59,834 bases of DNA. Source: Microthyrium microscopicum (lineage: Eukaryota). Of the stretch, positions 49,772 to 59,834 are shown one piece after another. The translations under genes and the position numbers were made by a program. A model generated the notes under the pieces. It did not search any database and was not told where the DNA came from. It saw only the letters and a list, made by a program, of their open reading frames with translations. The first letter of the stretch is position 1. Each line of letters opens with the position of its first letter. The stretch covers positions 1,049,340-1,109,173 of the forward strand of contig MU004243.1 of the NCBI GenBank assembly GCA_010405405.1, given 5' to 3'.

Positions 49772-51286
49772 TTGTGGGCCCTATATAAGGTATTCAGACC
49801 ACTAGTTGAATTCAACTTCTACAGTTTTGCAGACTACAATGCCTCAAAACGATCTGTGAGTATGAGACCTTCAGAGCACCGCGCTCAATCTATTCCCCAA
49901 GGTAAGAACCCCCGGAGCGAACCACTATCCTTGACGAGGTCCAATACTACTAAACCTATGGCGGCTCCATCGTGTTCGATCGCTTCCATAGACTGCATCT
50001 CAAATCAAGTGCTATAGCTCCCATCAGATGCGATGGCTTCGAAAACTTGGTCCACGACATTTTCACGACAAGATGAAATGGTTTTCTTACACCGTATGCT
50101 TGCAGTTGCGTCCGAACTATCGGGTCGACTCCGATTGACATGGTACCTTATTTCTCTGAATTTTGCACTGCTCGACCTTCCATTCTGCTTCTGACCACTA
50201 GTCCATCTCTAAAGAAACTTAAAAAGCTTTTATCTTCAAGTCAAATCTTGCATGGCTTTAGCCAAAGGACTGGGATTGAGTTCCTCTGCAAACCTTCAAT
50301 CAAGGATTCCGACAAATCTCTTTGAAGTCCGCCATAGGTTATATCCAGCTGCTTCTATATTTATTAGAGCCACGATCAGAGCGGCAGAGGCACTCGAAGA
50401 GTATCCAATCGAAGATGATTTGCAACCATACTGTTTAGATACAGTACCCACCCAGAAAGCGAAAGTTCTAGCTTGGTGTGGAATATTAGTTCTGGAAAGG
50501 CAAGCTACTTCATCGGCTGCGATATCTGCCCTGGCACTTTATGGCCCGCTTGTTTGGGTAACAGAGTTGATGTCTTTTCGGAATTTCGCCTGAGAACCAG
50601 CTCTATTCCTGCGGCTTGTCAGTCGAACTCTTTGTGAGCTCTTTGCTATCAAAACAAATGAGTCACTGAACAGACACTTATTCCTTCGGGTATGCCGAAA
50701 CCTGCGACATCACCGAATGCGATGGGAAGCAAAGCGAGTTGTGATGGCAGTCATCGTAGCGGATGGGAAATCATTGTCCAAAGCTGCTCTCTTATTTTGC
50801 TACCACAGAACACAGGTGCATCAATACTGATGTGCGGATAGTCCCCTGCTCAGGGCGTTTGTCCCCTGCTCAGGGCGTTTGAGTATGCCCACGAAGACTA
50901 CATCTCTGGCCGATGCAGATAGAAAATGAAAGTCACTTGCTACAGCTCTCAGTGGCATCGTTCTCACCGTAACAAGTACAGTCGAACTTTCTAGCATTCG
51001 ATTTTGACATACTCCCCGGCTTGTAACCTTCTTGGAGTATAAAATGACATTGATCGCGACAAAACGACTCGAGATGGACCTCGATGAAAAAGAAGGAGTG
51101 GCGAGATCAAGGATTCTCTGGAACTGCTTGAGGATTGTGGCAAAGAGATGGCTATGCTGTGGTAAGTTGAGCAGGAACATCCTGAAATTGGTTGAGGCTG
51201 ACCAAGCTTTAAGAGTAGATTGATATCTCAAACTTGTTGACGAGGATACGACTCCAAGGATGATCAAAGCCATTCAGCAGGAGTAA
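49772..51286 (+). pseudogene. Probable decayed gene of unknown function
   Basis: ORFs at 49772, 50252 and 51032 share one frame, with about nine stops in ~500 codons by my count. TATATAAG at ~49782, a GTAAG donor-like site at ~49902 and an internal 20-bp duplication. Confidence 0.4.
50841..50880. repeat. Perfect 20-bp tandem duplication
   Basis: gtcccctgctcagggcgttt twice. Confidence 0.95.
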
Positions 51287-52598
51287 GCGCCGTTGAAATG
51301 CAACCCGGGGCTTTTGTGCCTTTGCTTCCCAAAAATATCCGGTAACGATTCTACCAAGTATATTTCTCTAAACACAGGGAAGTGATGAAGAAAAATGATC
51401 ATCATCTTTTAATGATCACAAGCGAGCTTGCGTAGATCTTTGTTCTTTGACTGTATTATCTTCTCCATGTTTTGCGGTTTTTCTCCGTGCCCAGTCATTC
51501 ATGGAAACGAGTACTCAGAGGCATAAATACGGGCGTTGGCCTTATGAAGATCTAGTGATAATTATTGTATTGGATTACATAGTTGCCCAGGTTTACTCAG
51601 AGAGAAGAGCAATGACACAAGGAGATCAAAATCATAGACCAAAACAAACATCCCCATCCTTCAGTGGCAGGTAGCATGTGAAAGTGCAGAGACCGATGTT
51701 GGCGGCTAGATGCTTGAGCCTCCTATCCAAAAACAGATCTCACCGAGAACGGTATCTAACCGCAGGGAGCTTCATGAATTGATTGGTGGGTATTGCGACA
51801 GAGTTTCGGTGTGTGTATGAATTCAGTATGATCGGAGCAGGGAAAAGGTTACGGCATGGGTCCACGTGGGTCTGAATCCAAACCATCACTGTGTTTCCTT
51901 GGTTTCCAAGTATATAGAAACAAAACGAGTCAATGGAAGATATGGACTTTCAATGAGATGATCTAGGGAGATAGAAGCACAAGAGTCGTGTTCTATCTCT
52001 TAATGCAACATGCTCTTAAAATTACTGATTGGGTGAATGATGGTGCCTTCCGTAAATGTTCTGACATATTTCAATATATTTTAAAGGACCTCTGAATCTT
52101 CCTTTGAAATTACCAACAATTGAAAGAACCTTGAATCTGTCTAGAACCCCAAAGGAACATTCAGTTTGGTTCCGTACCCAACCGCTTGGTGTTTACTTCC
52201 CTAGTAGATACCAGGTAGGGAATTTGGACAAAGTCATACGGTCATACTTATTTTCGAACGCTGTAAGTTAGAAATTGTGGAACAATCCCTTGTAGGGTAG
52301 ATAAACCCCCCTTGATCTGTAAGTTTGACAAAACCAATCCGGCCCATTTCAACTACGATTGAGCATATGTACAAGATGTGTGGACTATTTCAAAAGTTTG
52401 TGCTTTCTCCTCTCATGCAGCTGCTTTATTCCTCCATACTTGAGAACAACGAGGCGGATGCTTACTGTCATTATCTATTTTTATGCCTTTCACTTTGAAA
52501 AGTCGTTGCTGATATCAGCTCACAGGTCAATTGCGACCCCTTTAATGCGGAAAGTGTTTGGGCCATTGTCTGGATTTCTTCAATTCTATCGTTTTCCA

Positions 52599-53923
52599 AT
52601 GATTATGGTTTGCATATTTTCAACAGTCATAATATCGTCCTCCCTAGTGATATTGGCAGCATGTGGTCCAATCACCCCCATCGCGCGCCGTACTGCTGCC
52701 CTTCCACCAACTATTGCAGGCTCGAGTCCAAGCAGTAATGCCACTTTAATAACATATCCATGGACAATCAATAGGGATGGCGGTGGAGGTGGCACTGTGG
52801 CTGGCGAACATATCATCAACTTCTCGGATACACAGACATTGAACCAAGATAACAAGAACGCCGCAGGATTTTATCCTTTTGTTTCCAACTCCATTGCGAC
52901 CAGTACCAAAGTAAGTATATGAAATTCTAGTAGTAATCTGTGACCTCATGCTCACGTCTCTTCCAGGATGGAAAAACGCTTCTCGACTATGGCACTGGTT
53001 ATGCCAAACAACAATGGCCATTTGCGACATCGAATTCCCCAATCAATGGTGCAACAACAGAGAATGCGCCATCTAATTACCGCACAGCGATCTGGCCAAA
53101 TACGAATATCGTCACTGGCTGCGACGGGGAATGCGGATATACAGTTTCTCAAGTTCTCAACATTACATATTCACCTTATACGACTACGGATTTATATACG
53201 ACCGTAGCGAACATTACCATGCCCAAAGGTCCGTCGGTCAATCGCATCGCATTGAAGATGTGGTACCCCTGGGAAATCAATTGGGGTACCTACGGCCTCG
53301 TCCGCGCTCGCGATGGAACGAATGACATTTTTCTCCTTGCCGCTCCTGCAAATGCCTTTGGTGTGAAACTGGCACGAGTTCCGGAGGCTTCAATTGCTGA
53401 TCGAACAAAGTATCTGTTCTGGAATGGAAATAACTGGACAGCAGCTCCTCCGGCTGCTACTGATGCTTCATCCAATATATTCAGTTTTACAACCAGTGGG
53501 TACGGCGTAGGGACCGGAGTATGTGTCAATCAATTCGTTTGCTTCAAAAGGGGTGCTAATGTGGAACTGCAGGATATATTTTGGTCTACCTATTACAATA
53601 CCTGGCTCGCAGTCTTTGCTAGTGGGTTCGCGCCTGACGGAACGTTTAGACTGATGTACTCAACAAATGGGAATATAGCTGGACCTTGGTCGGCAACTGC
53701 GCAAGACATCTACGTGACCAAAGGCTGCCCAACAAGCAATGGCAATTGTCTTGTGGGCTACAATTATGCCACGCATGCTTACCCAGACGTTGATTCCACG
53801 GGAAAGGTTTGCTTTCTTGACCTTTGGTTTTCAAACATTATCACTAACTTGAGCCAGACTCTTCTTTTAGGTTGGACATACAATGGAGCCACTACACAAT
53901 TCACTACCATTACTTTTGCGTAG
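52599..53923 (+). CDS. Secreted DUF4185-like (probable beta-propeller) protein
   Basis: Signal-peptide-like M(I)MVCIFSTVIISSSLVILAACG; motifs RDGGGGG...INFSDT, FVSNSIA, GVKLARVP..SIADRTKYLFWNG, GDIFWSTYYNTWL, GPWS, YNYATHAYP. Introns 52911-52966, 53519-53572 and 53807-53857. Confidence 0.78.
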
Positions 53924-54213
53924 CGAGCTCTCTTGAACGCTGGCCTCGAGTTACTACTACTTACGTCTTTACGTTTTAATTGCGGTATTTTAGAGATTAG
54001 AATTTACTTTTCATGGTTGCATTTTTCAATAAACATCATCTATGTTCCACTAAAATCAAACTCGCTCATGCATTTACTAGGAACACACTAGAGCATAATT
54101 TGCAACTTACATTGACTCAATCGACATTCACAGACTAGATCGGACATAGCAAAGGACGACATCATACCCAGACCTTACGAAAATGAGCATGTGGAAAAAA
54201 ATTACGAAACCAA

Positions 54214-54492
54214 TCAGTCGCTTGGGCGTTGAAGCTGCGTGATGATAATCTCAATCCACAGACACACACCAAGCTTAGCAGCGATGTACTGGTAGACATC
54301 ATTGATTAGGATGTTCTTCGTGGTGTTCACACCTGGAGCAGCGTCGCCTGAATTAGGACCTGGCTCACCGAATGTAAGGATAGGGCAATTGAACGGCGGA
54401 AAGAAAGGCTTGACAGCAGCAGCCAAGAAGGGGTTGACAGACTCATAGTTGACAACACGACCGGTGCGGGTAGCAGCTACGTGATCTTCGAA
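54214..54492 (-). pseudogene. Orphan 3' exon of a gene whose 5' part is missing next to the hAT block
   Basis: Open frame FEDHVAATRTGRVVNYESVNPFLAAAVKPFFPPFNCPILTFGEPGPNSGDAAPGVNTTKNILINDVYQ... with coding-like codon bias (GCT, GTC, AAG, TTC), no ATG, preceded by an acceptor-like TAG. RIPed DNA starts ~60-130 bp upstream. Confidence 0.5.
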
Positions 54493-54626
54493 CTAACTGC
54501 ATGCTCGTGACTCGTGGAATGAGTTTATGCGGAATTATGTAATTGCTACAAATCTAGGTAAGCGCCTATAAGGCTCGTAGGATTTCTTAAGGCTAGATAT
54601 AATACAAGGTAAGGTTAATACTATAC

Positions 54627-57600
54627 TAGGGTATAGGTTAAGTAACCTATTAGGGTTAACCTAATATATATAAGTTCTTAGTATTAGGTTAGGTTTTAAA
54701 AATATATTATAAAACTTATACTTAACCTAAGTAAAATAAAATTATTATAGATTAAATCTAAGGAACCTAAAGAACTTAAATTAGAAACTTATTAAGTAAA
54801 ATTTATTTAGTATATAATCTATTTAGATTATAAAGAAAGGATTACTATACTTAATATAGTTAGTAAAAGCTAAGTAAGTAGAAATAATTTAATATATAAA
54901 TTAAAGAATTAGAAAAGTATTAATTAGAATATTTAGTATAGTATATAAATTAAACTACGTATTAACTAGCTATTATTACTAAAATTCTAATAACTAGTTT
55001 AAACTTTCTTCTTCTTATTAGCTTTACTAGAAACTATACTTATTAGTAATTACTTTTACTTATTTTTTAATTCTTACTAGAAGATAAACTTAAATATTAA
55101 TTTATAAACTCTTTTACTAGTAGCTATTATAAATAGAAGCCTATTAATATTTTTTAGTAATTATTTATAAAAAGAGTTTTATATATTACTATTTTTTGTT
55201 TTATTACTATTCTTACTATTATCTAAATTTATACTATAGAATCTAGAAGAAGTTTCTAAATTTATAAATTTACTAATATTAGTACTCTTAAAGTTTTCTT
55301 CTTCTTTAGTAAACTTAAAACTAGTATTATTTTTATTATTAAAACTATCTTTACTAGCTTTATTTATATTTTTATTTAAAATATTATTATTTTTATTTAA
55401 ATTATCTAAACTATCTTCTCTATTAGAAATAATAGGTAACTTATCTAAATTTTTATAATAAGTTATATAATTAAATATTTAATAGTATAAAGTATTAGGA
55501 TTACTAAAATAAATATAATTAAGTAGAGTATTTATAAATTATTTTATAATTATATTAATATATTTTTTATATATACTAACCTTTACTTTAATTTTATTAA
55601 AACTACTTTAATAGTCTAAAATATTAGCTATTAATTTAGTAAACTTATTATTATTATATTAGTAAAGTATATCTTATAATAGTATAAGGTTATAAAATAT
55701 TTAAAAGAAATAGAGATAATTATATTTAAATTAGTTATAAATAATAGAGAAAATATATTTTATTTTAATTTTAGTAGCTAATATATAAAGATAATTATAT
55801 ATTATATAAGCTATTATTAAATAGAAGTCTAGATTATTATTTTCTTTTTATATAAGAAGGAGATTATTATTCTTTATAAATACTATTATTATATTAGTAA
55901 ATTATAAATAATATAATAATAAAGATATACTACTTTTAAAGTATTATATAAATTTATTAGATAAAGATAAGCTAGTTAGACTATTATCTATTATAATATT
56001 ATTATTATCTATAATTAGTTTTATATTATTAGATTAAGTATTTAAATTACTATACTTCTTAAGCTAAACTTTATAAAAAATTTTAATTATTACGTTATAC
56101 TAAAATAAACTATTTAAACTAAGGTAGTCCTTTTACTAAAAGTTAGTAAAAGTAAACTTAGCTATATAAGGAGATAATAACTAACTAAAAGTATAAATAC
56201 GCTATAGTTAGATATTAGTTTATATTAAGTTAAAGTATACTTATAGTTTTCCTTAAATCTTTTTTAGACTAAACTAAAGTTTACTCTACTAATATAGTTA
56301 AGTACTTACTAGTATATATTTACTTAAAATAGCTTCCTTATTATTAATATATTAAAAGAGCTTTTAAAAGTATAAAAGAACTTTATAGATAAATAGAGTC
56401 TTAGATTTACTAAGAATTTAGATTATAGTATTAAATAGAGTAGTAAGTTAAACTAAATACTTAATATTAGCTTATTTTATATTAAATAGTATAAGAATTC
56501 TTATTTATTACTAATTCTTCTTTTTTCTAGCTTTATAAGCTTTAGTAATAAGGAAGTATATAAAAAGTATTTTAATAATTTAAAAGTAAAGTCTTACTAT
56601 TATTATTATTAAGTCTTAGCGTATTTTAATATTTTAGATTAGCTAAAGGTTACTATAAGGATTAAGGTTATTCTAGTATTTATTAATAGAGTATAAATTA
56701 AATATTTAGAATTTATTAAAATAAAAACTAGCTAAGTAAGTAAGGAACCTAAGAAGATATAGTTTAGAAAAGCTAATATACTTAGTAATATTATAAGCTT
56801 AGACTATATTAGTTATTCTAATTAATACTTTTTTAACTTACTAAAAATAAGAACTAACTTATTTTATATAAAGTAAAAGTAACTAAGCTATATTTTATAA
56901 TAAGTTTTCTCTCTTTTAAAATATCTTCTTTAATAAATACTTATTTAATTTCTTTATCTATAGACTTATAATTAAGATAAGAAAGTAAAGCGCTTTATAC
57001 TAGTTAAATAATATAGAATATATAAAGAACTTAAATAATACTTATAGTACGCTTAAAGTATTAATATATATTTAATATAAGTACTATTATCTTATTATTA
57101 CTAGTATTATTAACTATAATAAAGTAAATCTTCTTAGTAATACTATATTAATTAAATATATTACTTATAAGTTTAGTATAAGCTTTATTTATAGACTTTC
57201 TAATAGTAGAAAGAAAGCTAAGAAGCCTTTCTTTTTATTTTTATTATAAAGTAATTTATTATTTAATAATAGTTAAGTATTCTTTATAAGTAAAATTTAA
57301 AGACTACTTATTTAGCTAAATACTAATATATATATTATTACCTAGCTAAATAAACTCTTTTTTTAACTTTATAAGATTAATTTTAACTTATTTTATAACT
57401 TTTAAAGTAAGAATTTTCTATAAAGTAAATTAAGATTAAATACCTAATAATATATAGTAGTTAATAATTTATTATATAAATTATAATTTAAATATACTAA
57501 GAAAAAGACTCTTAGCTATAATTAAACGTGTTTATAAAGTAAAAAAATCTTATAGTATAATCTTATATCTATTAAAACTATAAGTAGCTTTAAGCTTTAT

Positions 57601-59834
57601 ATTATATATTTATAAATATTATAATTAGTAATAGTATAGTATAGTAGAAATTAAATATACTAGAGTTATAGTTAATCTTATTTAATTAAGTATAATCTAA
57701 TCTTTATTACTTTTAACTATAATAATATTATTATAATTCTTAGAAGTAATATACTTATTAAGTAATTCTTATCTAATAAAGAAGGTACTAGTATTATCTT
57801 AATAAAGGTAATAGTATTTAAGGAACTTATAATAATAAATATAGTAATAATAAGGCTAGCTAGTAGACTTAAAAGTACTTACTTATATACTATTCTAAAT
57901 AGAGCTTTTTTTTTACTAAACTAATAAAGATCTATTTATATAGAAATTAGCCTTTCTTAGTTAGTAGTAAACTAGAATATAATTTACTACTAAGTCTAGA
58001 AATAGTTATTAATATCCTTACTCTATAAATATATCTTTTTTTTTAATTACTAGATTTCTTTAATACTTTAAGTATTATACTAGAAATAGAAAGAGTAAGT
58101 ACTAATAAGCTAGAAAGTATTAAGCTAATAAAAGAGTTTAGGATAGTACTATTAATAATAGTACCCCTATCTTAGATAATAGGTTATAATAATAAAAAGG
58201 AAGTTATTAAGCTAGCTCTAAATATAAAGAAATTAAAGGTAGAAATAAAGAAAGATATAATTTAGAGTAGTATTAACTTTATTAAAAAAAATTAGTATTC
58301 TAAAGAAATAAAATTAGTAAGTTAAAAAAGTATTAATTAGAAATCTAGTACTATTTATATTATTTTATAATACTATTTATAGAAACTTTTATTTATTCTT
58401 TCTTTTCTTTTAATATTAATTAATTATACTCTATATTTTAATTATCTACTTTCTAATTACGCTAATTTAACTAATCTAGTAATTTAGAAGATAACTAATA
58501 TAACGCGTTTCTTTTCTTAATTTTTTATATTACTATACTATTAAACTCTTTTTTAATTTATTATATTTTTTAGCCTTTCTTAGAACTATTTAGCCTAGTC
58601 TTTTTTCTTTAAAAGTAATTCTATAAACTAGAGATTTATAAAGTTATTTCTTTATATAATCTATACTTAGTTTAGTTATTACTAGTAATTAGCTATCTTA
58701 TTTTTCTTAATTAGTATATTTATTAAAAAGTAATACTAGTTCTACTTAAGTAGTTATAATACGCTATATAAAACGTACTAAATCTAAAAATTATTTCTAC
58801 TATTAACTTTATTATACTACTTAATATAATATTTAAACTTTAAAGTAAGAATATTTTAATAGCTTATTAATCTCTATACTTAATTTAAAAAGATAATATA
58901 CTAATTAACTTTTATTATATTTTTTCTATTATAGTAATAAAAAATACTATCTAAATTAATTTATATATATCTTTATATCTAAATAATAATTAAATAGTAG
59001 AGAATATTTTAGTTAAAAAATAATTATAAAATTAAGGATAAGTAACTAGAGTACTTCTTACTTAATTATCTTTAGTTATAAAGGTTATACTATTAGAAAA
59101 AATTATAATTATTATTAGTAGCTATTTAAGGAGTACTACTACTAAAGTACCTACTAAAAAATAATAATTAGCTACTTATAGATTATAAAGGATTTTTATA
59201 TAGAAAGTTTTAGAACTATAGTTTTAAAGAGTAAATAAGTATAAATATTAATAGTAGAAAATATAAGTAGTATTATTATTATTATAGTAATTTAAGTTCG
59301 TACTATTTATACTAACTAGAAATATTTATAATAGATTCTTTAAAGTTTATTATATAAAAGTATATAATTATAATAGTAAAAGTTTACTTAGTATAGTAAA
59401 GTAACTTTTATTATAATTTATAGTAAATATTTGTAAGCTAGAGTTAGGTTAGTTTATATATAAAATATTAGACTACTAAAAGTTTATATTTTTAGTAGAG
59501 AAATATTTCTATATCTTTATAACTCCTCTAATATCTACTTAATAAATATACTCTAAAGCTTATATTACTTAAATTAATATTCTTTATTAAATATATATAA
59601 TTTTATATAATATAATACTCTTATTAGATAAATAAATCTAATAGTATAAAGTTAAAACTTAGTAAAAATTCTATTATTAAAATACTACATTAAGAAGACT
59701 TAGTAAGATAACTTACTAATAGAATATAACCTCTTCTTTAACTATTAGTAATAATACTTACTAAACTAATACTTAATAGTATAATATTACTTTACTCTAT
59801 AGCTCTATATATTATTTACTTATACTTACTTTAT
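54627..59834 (-). mobile_element. RIPed hAT-superfamily DNA transposon; right end not identified
   Basis: Left end TAGGGTATAGGTTAAGTAACC... with AACC/GGTT subterminal repeats; hAT transposase motifs on the minus strand. DNA beyond ~58.3 kb may belong to another RIPed element. Confidence 0.8.
55100..58300 (-). pseudogene. RIPed hAT transposase; limits approximate
   Basis: De-RIPed motifs in correct order: ISIQLDEWSS (~57310), KERLLGF (~57220), ITADNASNN (~57105), PCMSHIIQL (~57015), LIQDVKTRWDST (~56625), MARMVRDYLCIPATGVGVERVFS dimerisation domain (~55750-55815), then an acidic tail. Confidence 0.9.

Noticed and set aside
25360..54620. The gene island itself as Starship cargo between the two AT-rich blocks
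   Set aside because: The left element closes at ~25363, the right block is a hAT, and the island includes a conserved housekeeping gene (Ldb17-like).
54625..54730. TTAGGG / TAACC motifs as telomeric repeats
   Set aside because: Isolated and not tandem; better explained as RIPed hAT subterminal repeats.
59432..59834. TGTAAG... as the start of another LTR
   Set aside because: No second copy, TSD or PPT/PBS in the window to support it.

Overview
Filamentous ascomycete (Pezizomycotina-type) genomic DNA with short spliceosomal introns and strong RIP (C>T / G>A) signatures. A ~29 kb gene island (25.4-54.6 kb) sits between two AT-rich RIP-destroyed blocks. The left block (~928-25363) looks like one giant element: imperfect terminal inverted repeats, a TTAT/TTAC direct repeat with a TTAC-N7-A right junction, an inward-facing multi-intron first gene and decayed intron-bearing cargo. 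This fits a derelict Starship-like element, and an LTR-to-LTR Ty3/Gypsy chromovirus (226-bp LTRs, AGTAA TSD) is nested inside it. The island holds an ACS-family MFS permease, an Ldb17/Dip1 homologue, a 106-aa small secreted protein missed by the ORF track, a large protein that seems to have lost its 2OG-Fe(II) oxygenase domain plus a deleted pseudogene paralogue of it, an intronless FAD monooxygenase, an ABCC transporter, a RIPed two-gene DD34E Tc1/IS630-like transposon, a probable pseudogene, a secreted DUF4185-like protein and an orphan 3' exon. The right block is a RIPed hAT transposon. All family calls are by-eye motif recognition; no searches were run.
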